From contig NIVC01000671.1 in NCBI GenBank assembly GCA_002269645.1, positions 186,001 through 250,000 on the forward strand: a stretch of DNA of 64,000 bases. The letters are read 5' to 3'. Below are positions 51,201 to 62,917 of this stretch, piece after piece. How positions within the stretch are numbered: position 1 is the stretch's first letter; every line of letters starts with the position of its first letter. The notes below the pieces were generated by a model. It searched no databases. It was not told the origin of the DNA and worked only from the letters and a program-made list of their open reading frames with translations. A program made the position numbers and the translations under genes. Source of the DNA: Macrostomum lignano. Its lineage: Eukaryota.

Positions 51201-54200
51201 AAAAAAGCAGCCTGCACTAACCGCAGCGAATTTTGCTTAACTTTTCAGGCACTGACAGCAGTTATATCCAATCTCTGAGCTAGATTGCTTGGTTGCTAGG
51301 ATACCTGGTTGCTAGGATAGCAGGTTGATAGGATACCAGGTTGCTAGGATACCAGGTTGCTAGGATACCAGGTTGCTAGGATACCAGGTTGCTAGGATAC
51401 CAGGTTGCTAGGATACCAGGTTGCTAGGATACCAGGTTGCTAGGATACCAGGTTGCTAGGATACCAGGTTGCTAGGATACCAGGTTGCTAGGATACCAGG
51501 TTGCTAGGATACCAGGTTGCTAGGATACCAGGTTGCTAGGATACCAGGTTGCTAGGATACCTAGAATCGTTAGACCTAGAATCGATACCAGGTTGCTAGG
51601 ATACCAGGTTGCTAGGATACCAGGTTGCTAGAATACCAGGTTGCTAGGATACCAGGTTGCTAGGATACCAGGTTGCTAGGATACCAGGTTGCTAGGATAC
51701 CAGGTTGCTAGGATACCAGGTTGCTAGGCAATGTAATCGGAGCCAGTAACTATGGAAGCCAGTTTAAAACCGACCTAAGCCCGGCGCAGGCGGCCAGCCG
51801 GTCGCAATAGAGCCGCAGAAAGCCGTCCCGCTGGTTGTAGGAGGCGTAGAATTCCACGGCCGTCACGCCGCTGATGTTGGCAGTCGGCCAGATGCTGAGA
51901 TTGCCGATCATGGCGAACGCAACCGAGCGGAACCTGTCCAGGTGGGTCAAATTCCGCCTAATTAACGCCAACGCGTCGTCGCTCTTTAGGTCGACCCGGC
52001 AGCTGACGAAATGCGCAGATCTGGCGTAGTCGAATCCGACGCTGAACGCCGCCTTAAGACCGTCGTTGCGCAGCAGGAAGATTGGCTCGATTAGGAAGTC
52101 ATCCAGCTGAGATGAATGACTGCCTGGATGGTCCTGCCGTTTCCACAGCACCAGCGGCTGGCCCCGGTAGCTCACCACCTTCGCCACCTGCGGCTGCATC
52201 GACAGGCGACAGCGGGACTCATTGCCAGGCCGATCTGCCTGCCAGTGGCGCTGCAGCTCGGACACTGGGAACTGGGACAGGTGCGGCACAATGGGCCTGC
52301 GCTGCACCCAGTAGACTGGCGACTCCTCGCACGATGAGGACGCCGCAGAGGAGGCAGGCGCCTCGTCCGGCGAGAAGGCAAAGCTGAACTGCAGCGCGTC
52401 GAATAGCAGAGTTGGATTGGCGGCAATCTGCTGCCTGGGATGTTCGGGAGGGGTTTCTGTGATCAATCTAGTCTGTGTTCGCTCTCGGCCAATCAGATTA
52501 GAGATTATTTCAGGACGCGTGAGGTGGGTGTCCTTTGACTTTGGCGCTTATCCAATCAGATTAGAGATGATTTCAGGACGCGTGAGGTGGGTGTCCTTTG
52601 ACTTTGATGCGTATCCAATCAGATCAGAGATACATGTGTGGAGTGAGATGATCGAAAATCTAAAGTACAAGGAGTTTGTATTGGCCTCTTAATGTTCAAA
52701 TCAAAACTCTTTTTTATTTTAACATACGAATTTCGAGTCAAAACCCTAATACTCTACTGTTAGTATCAAGCAGGCTGAAATATTTCATATGCTTTGCAAC
52801 ATCAAATCAAGTGGAACGGTTTAAATTTCGTTTCTTAGAAAACACTTCAAAGGTGTAGGCTTTTCGGGAAAATACACTATCGAGGCAGGAGTTGGGGTTA
52901 GGGTTAGGGTTTAGGTTAGGGTAGGGTTAGAGTTAGGGTAGGGTTAGCGGTCCAGCTGGACCCCTGAGTACTCGTAGGAAGCGCGAGAATGCTCACCTCA
53001 GCACTTCAGCAGCCTTGGCACCCGCTGCTGTGTCGTTCGGCGCCATCAACCGGATATGGGCGACCTCCCGGTTGGTGGACAGCCGCAGTCGGTCCACTTT
53101 AAAGCCGGGCAGGCGCTTGCGGCCTTCCAGACGCCAGTCGACGAGGTGCAGGTAGCGCAGACTGGGAACTGGCCTGTTGGGCTGTCGCAGCCGCTTCACT
53201 GCGGCGCTTCTGATGTCCGACTGGCGGAGGCTCAGGCGGAGGGGCACGTGGGGGCTGCGGAGCGGTGCACTGGGTCAGGTAAACTTTGGGGAGACCTTTT
53301 CTAATGTCATTGTTACCAGCACATTGAGTAATCTGGGGATCTATGCAAATTTTTCAACTCAGGAGCTGAAGGGATCAGAGATCTTGAAACTGTAGGATCT
53401 GGTATTACAGCTAGGATCTGGGATTTTTAATTAAATCAGAGCATTGATTTAGCGTTTTATGACTGGGATTTGGGATCTGGAATTTGAGAACTGGGATTTG
53501 GGGACTGAGATTTGGGAACTGGGGTTTGGGATCTGGGATTTGGGAACTAGGATTTGGGAACTGGGATTTGGGATCTGGGATTTGGGATCTGGGATTTGGG
53601 ATCTGGGATTTGGGATCTGGGATTTGGGGACTGAGACTTTGGAACTGGGATTTGGGAACTGGGATTTGGGAACTGGGATTTGGGAACTGGGATTTGGGGA
53701 CTGAGACTTTGGAACTGGGATTTGGGAACTGGGATTTGGGAACTAGGATTTTGGGTACTAAAACTCTACGATAAGAACGTAGGATTGATGATCTGAATTG
53801 TCAATCTGGGATTTGGGATCTCGAATGCAGCAGTTAAGTCTCACCAGCCGCTGGCGTTCCGAAACCCTCGGGCGGTGACCGCCTCCCCGGTCTGCAGGCT
53901 GAGCAGCGGCTCCAGCCAGAACTCGCTCGGCGCCCTAGCCGCCACGGACTCGCGCCTCGTCAGCACAAACACCGGCCTGCCTTTGATGTAGAAATCCCGG
54001 TACAGCACCAGCTGGGGCGCCGGCTTGGAGCAGGCCGTCAAGTTGCGGCTGTCGTCGACATCGGGCGGGCCGGACGCGTCGCCGACGCTCCGGCGGGCGA
54101 AGTGCGCGACGTCGATCTGCGAGGCGGCGGGCACCACCACCGGCTTGGTCAGGTTTGCAACGGAGGCGCAGCCGTCGGGCGACACGGCGGAGTCCAGGCG

Positions 54201-55356
54201 GAGCAGGAAGCGCTCAAAGATCCCAACGCTGCCACTCAACAGCTGGGATCTGAAAAATTTTTCAGCATCGATTTTTATGGGAGTTGAGTTGTCCCATAAT
54301 GGGATTTTAGACATCCCATACTGGGATCTTGAATTTCTCATAATGGGATCTTGGATTTTCTAAAATGGGATCTTGGATATCCCATATTGGGATCTTGGAT
54401 ATTTCATATTGGGACCTTGGATATCCCATCATGAGATCTTGGATATCCCATAATGGGATCTTGGATATTCTAAAATGGGATCTTGGATATCCCATATTGG
54501 GATCTTGGATATTTCATATTGGGACCTTGGATATCCCATAATGGGATCTTGGATATCCCATAATGGGATCTTGGACATCTCATAATGGGATCTGGGATTT
54601 CCTGAGATGATCCTAGATGATCCATGATTACTCGTGATGGATTTTCTCGAGATGGGGTCCGAAATTTCCTGAGATAGGAGTTTCTAAGTTGGTATCTGGG
54701 ATTTCTTGCGATGGGATCCGTGTTGGAATAAGGGGAGATCTGAGAGATTTTTTGAGATTGTGATCCGAGATCCCTCATGATGAGGCATTGGGATGCAGTT
54801 CATAATCGCGGACATGCCTGAGTTCCACGCAGGCCCGCTGGTGCGGGCAGTTGATTCGCAGGTAGCCCAGCTGGCCCTCCGAGCTGAGCCGGAGGCTCTC
54901 CATCTTCCAGCCGCCAGGCAGGCGTCCCTCGGCCTCCGCAGGCGGCAGGCTGGCCCCGGCCGGCCGCAGGAAGGCCACAGACCGAGGCGCGGCATGCCGC
55001 AGCCTCTCCCTGGCCTGGTGCAGCAGCTCGTCATCTCGCAGAGCCACGGGAAAGCTCAGGTAGTGAACTTCGGTCAGCCGGTCAAACCGGACGCACGAGG
55101 CGTTGATGACGGCCTCGACGGGCTCGGTGGTTGGCAGGGACAGCAGCGGCTCCAGCAGGAAGTGGCCGCGCCGGTCCAGGCGCTGGTGCACAAACACGGG
55201 CACCCCGGCGAGTTCCAGGGTGGTCCAGTGGCGCAGCAGGCCGGGGCTCGGCCTCGTACAGTTGCCGCTGTCGCCGGCTTCAACGAATTGTTCAGCGGCC
55301 AAGGTGGCGGAGACACCAGTGAGGAGCAGCAGCAGGGCGTTAAGAACTGGCGCCAT
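45242..55356 (-). CDS. Secreted ~1435-aa protein: signal peptide, six tandem copies of an unrecognised ~200-aa domain, linker, C-terminal C-type lectin domain
   Basis: complement join(54814..55356,53845..54242,52997..53254,51775..52434,50542..51156,49530..50108,48318..48926,47053..47264,45242..45675) = 4308 nt, phase-consistent and stop-free. N-terminus [21 protein letters not shown]. Lectin domain: YFFS...[24 protein letters not shown]...WIGM...NCVAM...W...C...FVCQ. The first donor (CAT|GTCCGC) is the weakest junction. Confidence 0.85.
45715..47012. repeat. 22-bp minisatellite (GACAGCTAGATTACAGATAGAT)n followed by an 11-bp (TGACAGGCAGG)n
   Basis: Fills the last intron of the lectin gene. 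Confidence 0.93.
47608..48215. repeat. 20-bp minisatellite (TGCTCAGATCCCACATCCTG)n
   Basis: Directly visible, intronic. Confidence 0.9.
48975..49515. repeat. 13-bp homogeneous minisatellite (GAGATCCCAATCC)n
   Basis: Fills about 90% of intron 48927-49529. Confidence 0.97.
50150..50440. repeat. 7-bp repeat (GATCAGG/GATCAGA)n
   Basis: Intronic, degenerate at the edges. Confidence 0.85.
51290..51728. repeat. 16-bp minisatellite (GGATACCAGGTTGCTA)n
   Basis: Directly visible, intronic. Confidence 0.95.
52489..52625. repeat. Tandem duplication of a 62-bp unit
   Basis: CCAATCAGATTAGAGAT...TTCAGGACGCGTGAGGTGGGTGTCCTTTGACTTT occurs twice. Confidence 0.8.
52895..52947 (+). repeat. Short interstitial telomere-like tract, degenerate (TTAGGG)n
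   Basis: GGGGTTAGGGTTAGGGTTTAGGTTAGGGTAGGGTTAGAGTTAGGGTAGGGTTAG. Confidence 0.75.
53460..53755. repeat. ~14-bp repeat (TGGGATTTGGGAAC / TGGGATTTGGGATC)n
   Basis: Intronic. Confidence 0.88.
54285..54600. repeat. ~22-bp repeat (GGATCTTGGATATCCCATAATG)n
   Basis: Intronic; contains the dyad ATCCCAT-A-ATGGGAT. Confidence 0.85.
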
Positions 55357-55413
55357 GGTTACGATGGGTTCGCTCTATGAACTCCCCTATTTGCTGGCTA
55401 TAAGAGCATGCAG

Positions 55414-55420
55414 ATATATA
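55414..55420 (-). promoter_or_regulatory. Candidate TATA box of the lectin gene
   Basis: TATATAT about 60 bp upstream of the ATG; positional inference only. Confidence 0.3.
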
Positions 55421-58346
55421 GGGCTGGCTGGTGAGGTTGGGAGCCGCGAGCATCAGCTGATCTGCAGGGTCGGTTCTGTAAGCAAGAATAGGTATAAATA
55501 GGTCGAATACGTAAGCTATTACATATATATATATATATTGGAAGGGCGTGTGGGATGTACAACTCCACAGCCAGTACAGTGCAAATTGTAGTGCAATAGC
55601 TTCTTCTGTCACCCTTTACTCGCTTGTATTACACTGTATAGTACCCATTGCTCTTTTAGAAGACTTATTTGCTTTCCAGAGCCGATCGCAGTCTCGTGAC
55701 TGCCTTATCGGCCAATCCACTTGCGGGGATCGACGTTCCCGAGGCAGCTGCACGAAGGGGGCCCGAATTCCGGCATCATGCGGCAGCTGGGTGCTTTTAT
55801 CACGTGTCTGCGCGTTTAGCAAGGAATTTATATCTGCCGAGGTTCGCGCAACTACTGGGGGGGGGGGGGGCTGTCGCTATTTTAGTCGCCCGCGGGTCGC
55901 GTCATGTTTTCGGAACCAAGGAGGTCCGAGGTGGAATGGAATGGCGTGCAGATGCTGCTGGAATCTGCACCGCTTCTGCACTTGAAATGCGGAAATCGAG
56001 GTGCGCAGCTCTCTAGGAAGAATTTATGGCCGTATACGTATGCATTGCTTGGAATATGGAACTTTTTGCGCTCCATACCCTTGTTACAGATATAAAGTCA
56101 ATTGGACCGTTTTAAGTGTGACGTACGTTTTGTAACCACGCAGCTTCTAGTAGAGGGAACGTGCAAATATTTAAAATCATCCTGTTAATTACTAATAGTG
56201 CTGTGACGGTGTCAAATTCGTTCAAATACTTTATGGATTATTTGAGCATCATATTTGTGTTTTTTTAATGTAATATTGATTAACCTGATATATTCATATC
56301 TAATGTAATCAATAATCAATACTTAAGTTTGTTTTAATTGTATCTCAAAATTAATTATTTTGAAGCGTATTAATTGTGTCTATTTTGGCCGCATCTTCCT
56401 GCGCGGGCTCTAGCATGGTCTTGTGACCAATCAAACTCAGTCTATTACATGCTAGACTGAAGGCCCTTCATCATATATTGCGGTTGACTACTACAGAACT
56501 ATACTGCCCCTTTGGATTGTAAAAAGGCTGTCAATTGATAAACAATAAATTATCACTACTGTTCACCTCGTCACAGTGCTTTGCGATTTATTTAAAAAAA
56601 GCTTTTACGTTCCCAATTGTTTGAATCAAATTACAGTTTCCTTCTCGATCAGTTTAAACAAAAAAGTGATTTTAAACATTTAACGCCGGCCGATTGCTTC
56701 AGCAAAACCCTAAAATACGTTTGAACAAACAACAGGAATGCAATGAAGCGCGCTACATGTATTGAATAATTTGGACTTTGGAGCATCGCGCATCGCTGAT
56801 CACAACACTCCGTTTTCAGATCCTCGATCGAATTCATACATGCAAAACATTGAGTCGACTTGATGAAACGTACATGTATATAATTGCCAATGCAATTGCT
56901 CGGCTCATTATCTCTGGCGTTGGAGACACCGGTGTTGGGTCGGCTGGCATGACACCGAACTGGGCCGCCTGCGGCCAGGATACCCATTGCATAAGTCCTG
57001 CGGCTAACTAGCTAGCTAGTACCTTTCATTGCAGTCCATCGGATCTGGTTGGGGAAAAAAGCAGCCGTGCATGAATAGAAAAGTATACAACTGAGATTAT
57101 ATGTTTGGGAAAATTTACTTATTTTTGTTTTTAATCTCTAGCCGCCTATAAATAATTATATAAAACATTGTTTACATGCAATGTTCATACTTTTTATTTA
57201 AGCTACACAAACACAGCCATGGCAATGATGTAGATCGTTTCTTACATTTGTACGTACATCCTTTCATAACAGAAACCATGCATCGGACCCATCTACAAAC
57301 TTTAATCCGCAAAAAAACATTGTTGTTAAAGTAACGTGTTTCTTAGTGCTGAAAGTCAAATTAAGTTCTTATATTGTCGACGAAAAAGCAGAAATAAATT
57401 TTTTTACCGCGGCTTTCATTTAAACTTTTAGTAATTTAAAACAAATACGGTTACATAACTATTGATAAAAACAACACTTTGTAGACAATAAGTTATCATT
57501 TTAGTTTTAAATAGAAAAATATAATGATTAAAACTTCTTTAAAAACTGAGTTTTTGCTTTTATGTTTTGATAAGGTAAATAAGTAGGAGTTTAAGTGTAA
57601 CATTTGTATACTTTTTACAATATACGATCGTAATTCAATTTTGTAATCCAATACTTTGCTTCTATTCTATGCGCTCAAATCAATTTTGTCCTATTTTGCC
57701 CTACAATTTAACGCAGATTTTAACTCTAAGCTTGACTGGCTAGATCTGAGAATAGCCTATTCCTGATTTTGTTTTTACTACTGACCGATTGTCATTTAAC
57801 ATTCGCCCTGAGAAGTAGAACTACAATCTACTGCCTGCAATGATTTTGACCTATTAATACCACAGTGCTGCCATCTATAAGCTCTTGATTGTATTTTGAA
57901 AGCTTTTTTAGATTATTTTATTAATAACATTTAAATCTAGCCATTTGCTCTAAATTTTGTAGTAATCGCAGACTTCGCAGAAAATTTTAAGTTTTGGAAC
58001 TTGCCAACTCGGTTGTCCACGTTATAAATTTCTAGTTTATTGTATTCTAATTATTATTTTTGAAAGCCGAAAGTTAAAAAATCTATAAATGGGAACTCCT
58101 CTTACTGAACTGTTTACTTGATAATTCATAATTGTGTATTTTACAATTATATTAATGGTGTCGTGTCCATGTTCTCATCCTCATGCTCATGTCGCTTTAA
58201 TTAGAATATTTTATTTTAAAACTTCTTTCATATCTTCTAATGGTTCCAATTATACTGCATATGTATTATAATGTGATTCCTAAAATAAATAAAACTAACG
58301 CCTAACAGTTTATTTTCTATTGCAGCATTTAAATTAATCTATTTTC

Positions 58347-61300
58347 ATGGCAACTGACTTGGCAAAGGATCGAGCTGCTCGAAACCTCAGGAAGCAGAGT
58401 TCAATTCCTTCAGGAGGGGGGCCCATCGTACAGTTGAAGCACTTCGCTGGCGGAAAATACAAGCAGTGAGTTGCCCTAATTTCTATAGTGTAGTATGCAA
58501 AGCTTATTAAAAGTGCATTTCCCCATTATCCCCAACTAATCTTGTGATTAACTAACTATTACAGAGATGGGAGCCTCATCAGTGAGGATTATGATAGTGA
58601 CAGCAGGTTGTTGAATTTTAACGCCTGAATGGTTTTTATTTCATATAAACAACCCAATAAGAATCCATTTTTAACAAAACTGAAGCACATATTAATTGTA
58701 CTAGAAACAAAGCCCAGCTGACACCTATAAGTAGCATATCTGTTTTTGTTACATAATTACCTAATTTTAAGTTCCTTGCTTTTTGCAATTTAAAATTGAA
58801 CTGCCAATCTTTTTCAGCCACACTCCTATCCCTTAATAATAAAGGGTGCCTGCAGTAAGTGAAAGTTTCTATTTTGGTTTTGATGACAATTAAAATAAAA
58901 AGCATGTATGATGTTTTTTTATCATTTCTTTAATTAGTCTTTAATGCTTTGTTATATTTTGTCACTTGCTCATTATGTTGGTCTCGCATTCTTATGTTCA
59001 GTCTGGGCAATTATTTAATTTTGTTTTGCACTACAAGAGAAGCTTTTGTTTATTTGTTAGCTCGAATCTAGTCAAACTTCTGAGCACTTCTACTACTGAA
59101 ATCTTTTTATTTTCTAGCACAAGTTTTGGTCATCTAAAATTGTCTGCATTCTTTGGTATTACAGTCTATAAAATGCAATCTTGAAGTTTTTAATGCATGA
59201 ATATTTTCGATTTGCATACTCTTTTGAGTTAATCTGTCTGACCTATGGAGTTGAGCATGTATGACCTATGAAGTGGATCCTGTATGACCTATGGAGCTGA
59301 TCCTGTATGTATGACCTATAGAGTTGAGCATTTATGACCTAGACTGGATCCTAAATGACCTATGGAGTTGATCCTGTATGACCTATGAAATGGACCCACA
59401 TGGCCTAGACATAGATCTTGTCAGACTAAGAATTGATCCATCGATCCACTAGGAGCTGATTCCCTACCAGAATTCTACTCTGGGAGGTTGGTCATAGGGG
59501 GTCATGACATCCCCTGCTTGACTAAGCCAGTGTCCCTACCGACGACCCAAGGTCACCGGCCTCCAGCTCATTTCTAAGAAAATCAATTCTCCCGCCTCAC
59601 TGCGCTGGCCGCAGCTCCATCAGTGTCGCGTCTCAAGCTCAAGCGGAAGCTGAGCAGCAGCAACAGCAGCCGCAGGCGCAGTCAATGGGCCCCGCAGTTC
59701 GCCTGGAAAACACCTATCAGCTCGGCCCCTCGGCCACTGGCCAGTTCCCGCTCGGACAGGCTGGCCGAGTTCTGGGCCAAATTCTCCGGGACTACCTGGA
59801 CGGGGAGAGCTACGGGGAGGAATTCGCTCGGACAGTGAGCCAGAGCATTAGCCAGGTGAGCTTGACAGGCGATTTGCTAATCTGATTAGAGTTTGTGATT
59901 TTGCGGTCGCTAAGACCGGTTCTGACTCATCTCGTTCGCTGCTTGAACTGGCTTTTTCCTATTTTTATGGACTTGTTTTTTCAATCTTCCAGTTTCCAAA
60001 CCAAATCGTCTGCTTCTAACTATATCTTTCAGGATTTGCTTTTTCTTAATCGTCTGTTTAAAATCGTCAGTTTCCTGGTTTACTGTGTTCGAATGTTTAC
60101 CAAATAGTACTATTTCCGAATTTACTGTTTCCGAATTTACTGTTTCCGAATTTACTGTTTCCGAATTTACTGTTTCCGAATTTACTGTTTCCGAATAATC
60201 TGTTTTCGAATAATCTGTTTCCGAATCATCTGTTTCTGAATCATCTGTTTCCGACTTTACTGTTTCCGAATTTACTGTTTCCGAATCATCTGTTTCCGAA
60301 TCATCTGTTTCCGAATCATCTGTTTCCGAATCATCTGTTTCTGAATCATCTGTTTCCGAAAAAACTGTTTTCGAATAATCTGTTTCCGAATAATCTGTTT
60401 CTGAATCATCTGTTTCCGAATAATCTGTTTCCGAATAATCTGTTTCCGAATCATCTGTTTCTGAATCATCTGTTTCCGAATTTACTGTTTCCGAATCATC
60501 TGTTTCTGAATCATCTGTTTCCGAATAATCTGTTTTCGAATAATCTGTTTCCGAATAATCTGTTTCTGAATCATCTGTTTCCGAATAATCTGTTTCCGAA
60601 TAATCTGTTTCCGAATCCTCTGTTTCTGAATCATCTGTTTCCGAATTTACTGTTTCCGAATCATCTGTTTCTGAATAATCTGTTTCCGAATAATCTGTTT
60701 TCGAATAATCTGTTTCCGAATAATCTGTTTCTGAATCATCTGTTTCCGAATAATCTGTTTTCGAATAATCTGTTTCCGAATAATCTGTTTCTGAATCATC
60801 TGTTTCCGAATAATCTGTTTTCGAATAATCTGTTTTCGAATAATCTGTTTCCGAATAATCTGTTTCCGAATCATCTGTTTCTGAATAATCTGTTTCCGAA
60901 TAATCTGTTTCTGAATCATCTGTTTCCGAATAATCTGTTTTCGAATAATCTGTTTTCGAATAATCTGTTTCCGAATAATCTGTTTCCGAATCATCTGTTT
61001 CTGAATCATCTGTTTCCGAATAATCTGTTTTCGAATAATCTGTTTCCGAATAATCTGTTTCTGAATAATCTGTTTCCGAATAATCTGTTTCCGAATAATC
61101 TGTTTTCGAATAATCTGTTTCCGAATAATCTGTTTCTGAATCATCTGTTTCCGAATAATCTGTTTTCGAATAATCTGTTTCCGAATAATCTGTTTCTGAA
61201 TCATCTGTTTCCGAATAATCTGTTTTCGAATAATCTGTTTTCGAATAATCTGTTTCCGAATAATCTGTTTCCGAATCATCTGTTTCTGAATAATCTGTTT

Positions 61301-62384
61301 CCGAATAATCTGTTTCTGAATCATCTGTTTCCGAATAATCTGTTTTCGAATAATCTGTTTTCGAATAATCTGTTTCCGAATAATCTGTTTCCGAATCATC
61401 TGTTTCTGAATCATCTGTTTCCGAATAATCTGTTTTCAAATAATCTGTTTCCGAATAATCTGTTTCTGAATAATCTGTTTCCGAATAATCTGTTTTCGAA
61501 TAATCTGTTTCTGAATAATCTGTTTCCGAATAATCTGTTTCCGAATCATCTGTTTCCGAATAATCTGTTTTCGAATAATCTGTTTTCGAATAATCTGTTT
61601 CCGAATCATCTGTTTTCGAATAATCTGTTTCTGAATCATCTGTTTCCGAATAATCTGTTTTCGAATAATCTGTTTCTGAATCATCTGTTTCCGAATAATC
61701 TGTTTTCGAATAATCTGTTTCCGAATCATCTGTTTTCGAATAATCTGTTTCTGAATCATCTGTTTCCGAATAATCTGTTTTCGAATAATCTGTTTTCGAA
61801 TCATCTGTTTCCGAATCATCTGTTTCCGAATAATCTGTTTTCGAATAATCTGTTTTCGAATCATCTGTTTCCGAATCATCTGTTTCCGGATCATCTGTTT
61901 CCAAATCGACAGTTTCCGAGTCATAATTTCGAATTACCGTGTCTAAATTACTTTTTCCGAATTTACTGTTTCCGAATCATCTGTTTTCAGATCATCTGTC
62001 TCAAAATCATTTATTTCCGGGATTACTTTATTCGAATTTACTGTTTCCGAGTTTACTGTTTTCCATCTGTTCCACAACCGTCTACTTTCTAATCTGAACC
62101 GTGTGCAGTTTCCAACAAGTTTATATCCGAAACTCAACAGCTTCCAGATGAATCCCAACCCCCCGCCATCGCAGGTAATCAGAAGCCGCATGAAGGAGCT
62201 GCAGTCGCCGGCAGGACGCTACAAGGTGATCTCTCTGTGCAGCATCGGAGCCAGAGGCCCGCACGGCCTCAGCATGGCCAGCCGCTGTCTGTGGGACGAT
62301 TCTGTAGACAATTTTGTCAGCAGCCAGTTTGACAACAGCTCGCTGTACGCTGTAGCCACCGTGTTTGTCGTTTATCAAGAGTAG
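58347..62384 (+). CDS. TCTEX1D1: Tctex-1 domain-containing dynein light chain (TCTEX1D1/DYNLT5-like), 203 aa
   Basis: join(58347..58465,58565..58606,59615..59855,62175..62384) = 612 nt, phases 2,2,0. Motifs RLENTYQLGP, RYKVISLCSIG, ASRCLWD...DNF, NSSLYAVATVFVVYQE*. The two 5' exons are less certain, and orthology within the Tctex1D family is not established. Confidence 0.85.
59235..59400. repeat. Degenerate ~23-bp repeat (TGACCTATGGAGTTGATCCTGTA)
   Basis: About 7 imperfect copies in an intron. Confidence 0.65.
60110..62065. repeat. 15-bp minisatellite (GAATAATCTGTTTCC / GAATCATCTGTTTCT)n, about 1.9 kb
   Basis: Fills intron 3 of the Tctex gene. Confidence 0.96.
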
Positions 62385-62917
62385 ATCGCGATCGCTTGAA
62401 GCTACTTACAGTAGGATGCTGGTGTTCGCTAGTGTGGAGTCCTTCGAATCTAGTTGTCCATGATTGAAATGTTGAGAAGTAATTATAGAAAATTCAAGGT
62501 TATACATGTAGTCCTAGTGGTCGCCTACAGAATGAAAATGCTGTCAATAAGTCAAGTCGGTTTTTGCTGGGCATTTTTTACTGTCACTCAAACTGATATT
62601 AATGCTATTTTATCGAGCAGATTTCATTTGCACTTTGATATTTAACTTTTTTCCTGTTTTCAATTAAATTTTTAGTGTTGATTTGATCAATCGCAATGTC
62701 ACTTGTCACGCACTTGCGACTCTGATTTTTAAAACACATTTTAATCAAATCGAATATTTTTATCGGCTAGTTTTTTGTTTATGAATTTTTTGTTTAAAAA
62801 GTGCAATTTGTAGTAACTAGTGATTCGTTCCTGATTTTTAAAAGACAAATTTATGCTTATGCACAAACAGATTTAACTACTTTTTTGGGAGAATTTAAAT
62901 AAAACTGAATAAATAGA

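Noticed and set aside
55600-58300. Short Cys-containing ORFs (for example 56649-56987) in the AT-rich intergenic region
   Set aside because: No recognisable motif spacing or splice support.
58341-58354. X-box-like ATTTTCATGGCAAC at the Tctex start codon
   Set aside because: It fits a ciliary gene but overlaps the predicted ATG, and the consensus is degenerate, so chance is likely.
59910-61904. 664-aa acidic ETDYS/ETDDS-repeat ORF resembling a biomineralisation protein
   Set aside because: It is antisense within a Tctex intron and coincides with a 15-bp array whose unit is a multiple of 3 and stop-free; there is no signal peptide or unique domain. Stranded RNA-seq would be needed to revive it.
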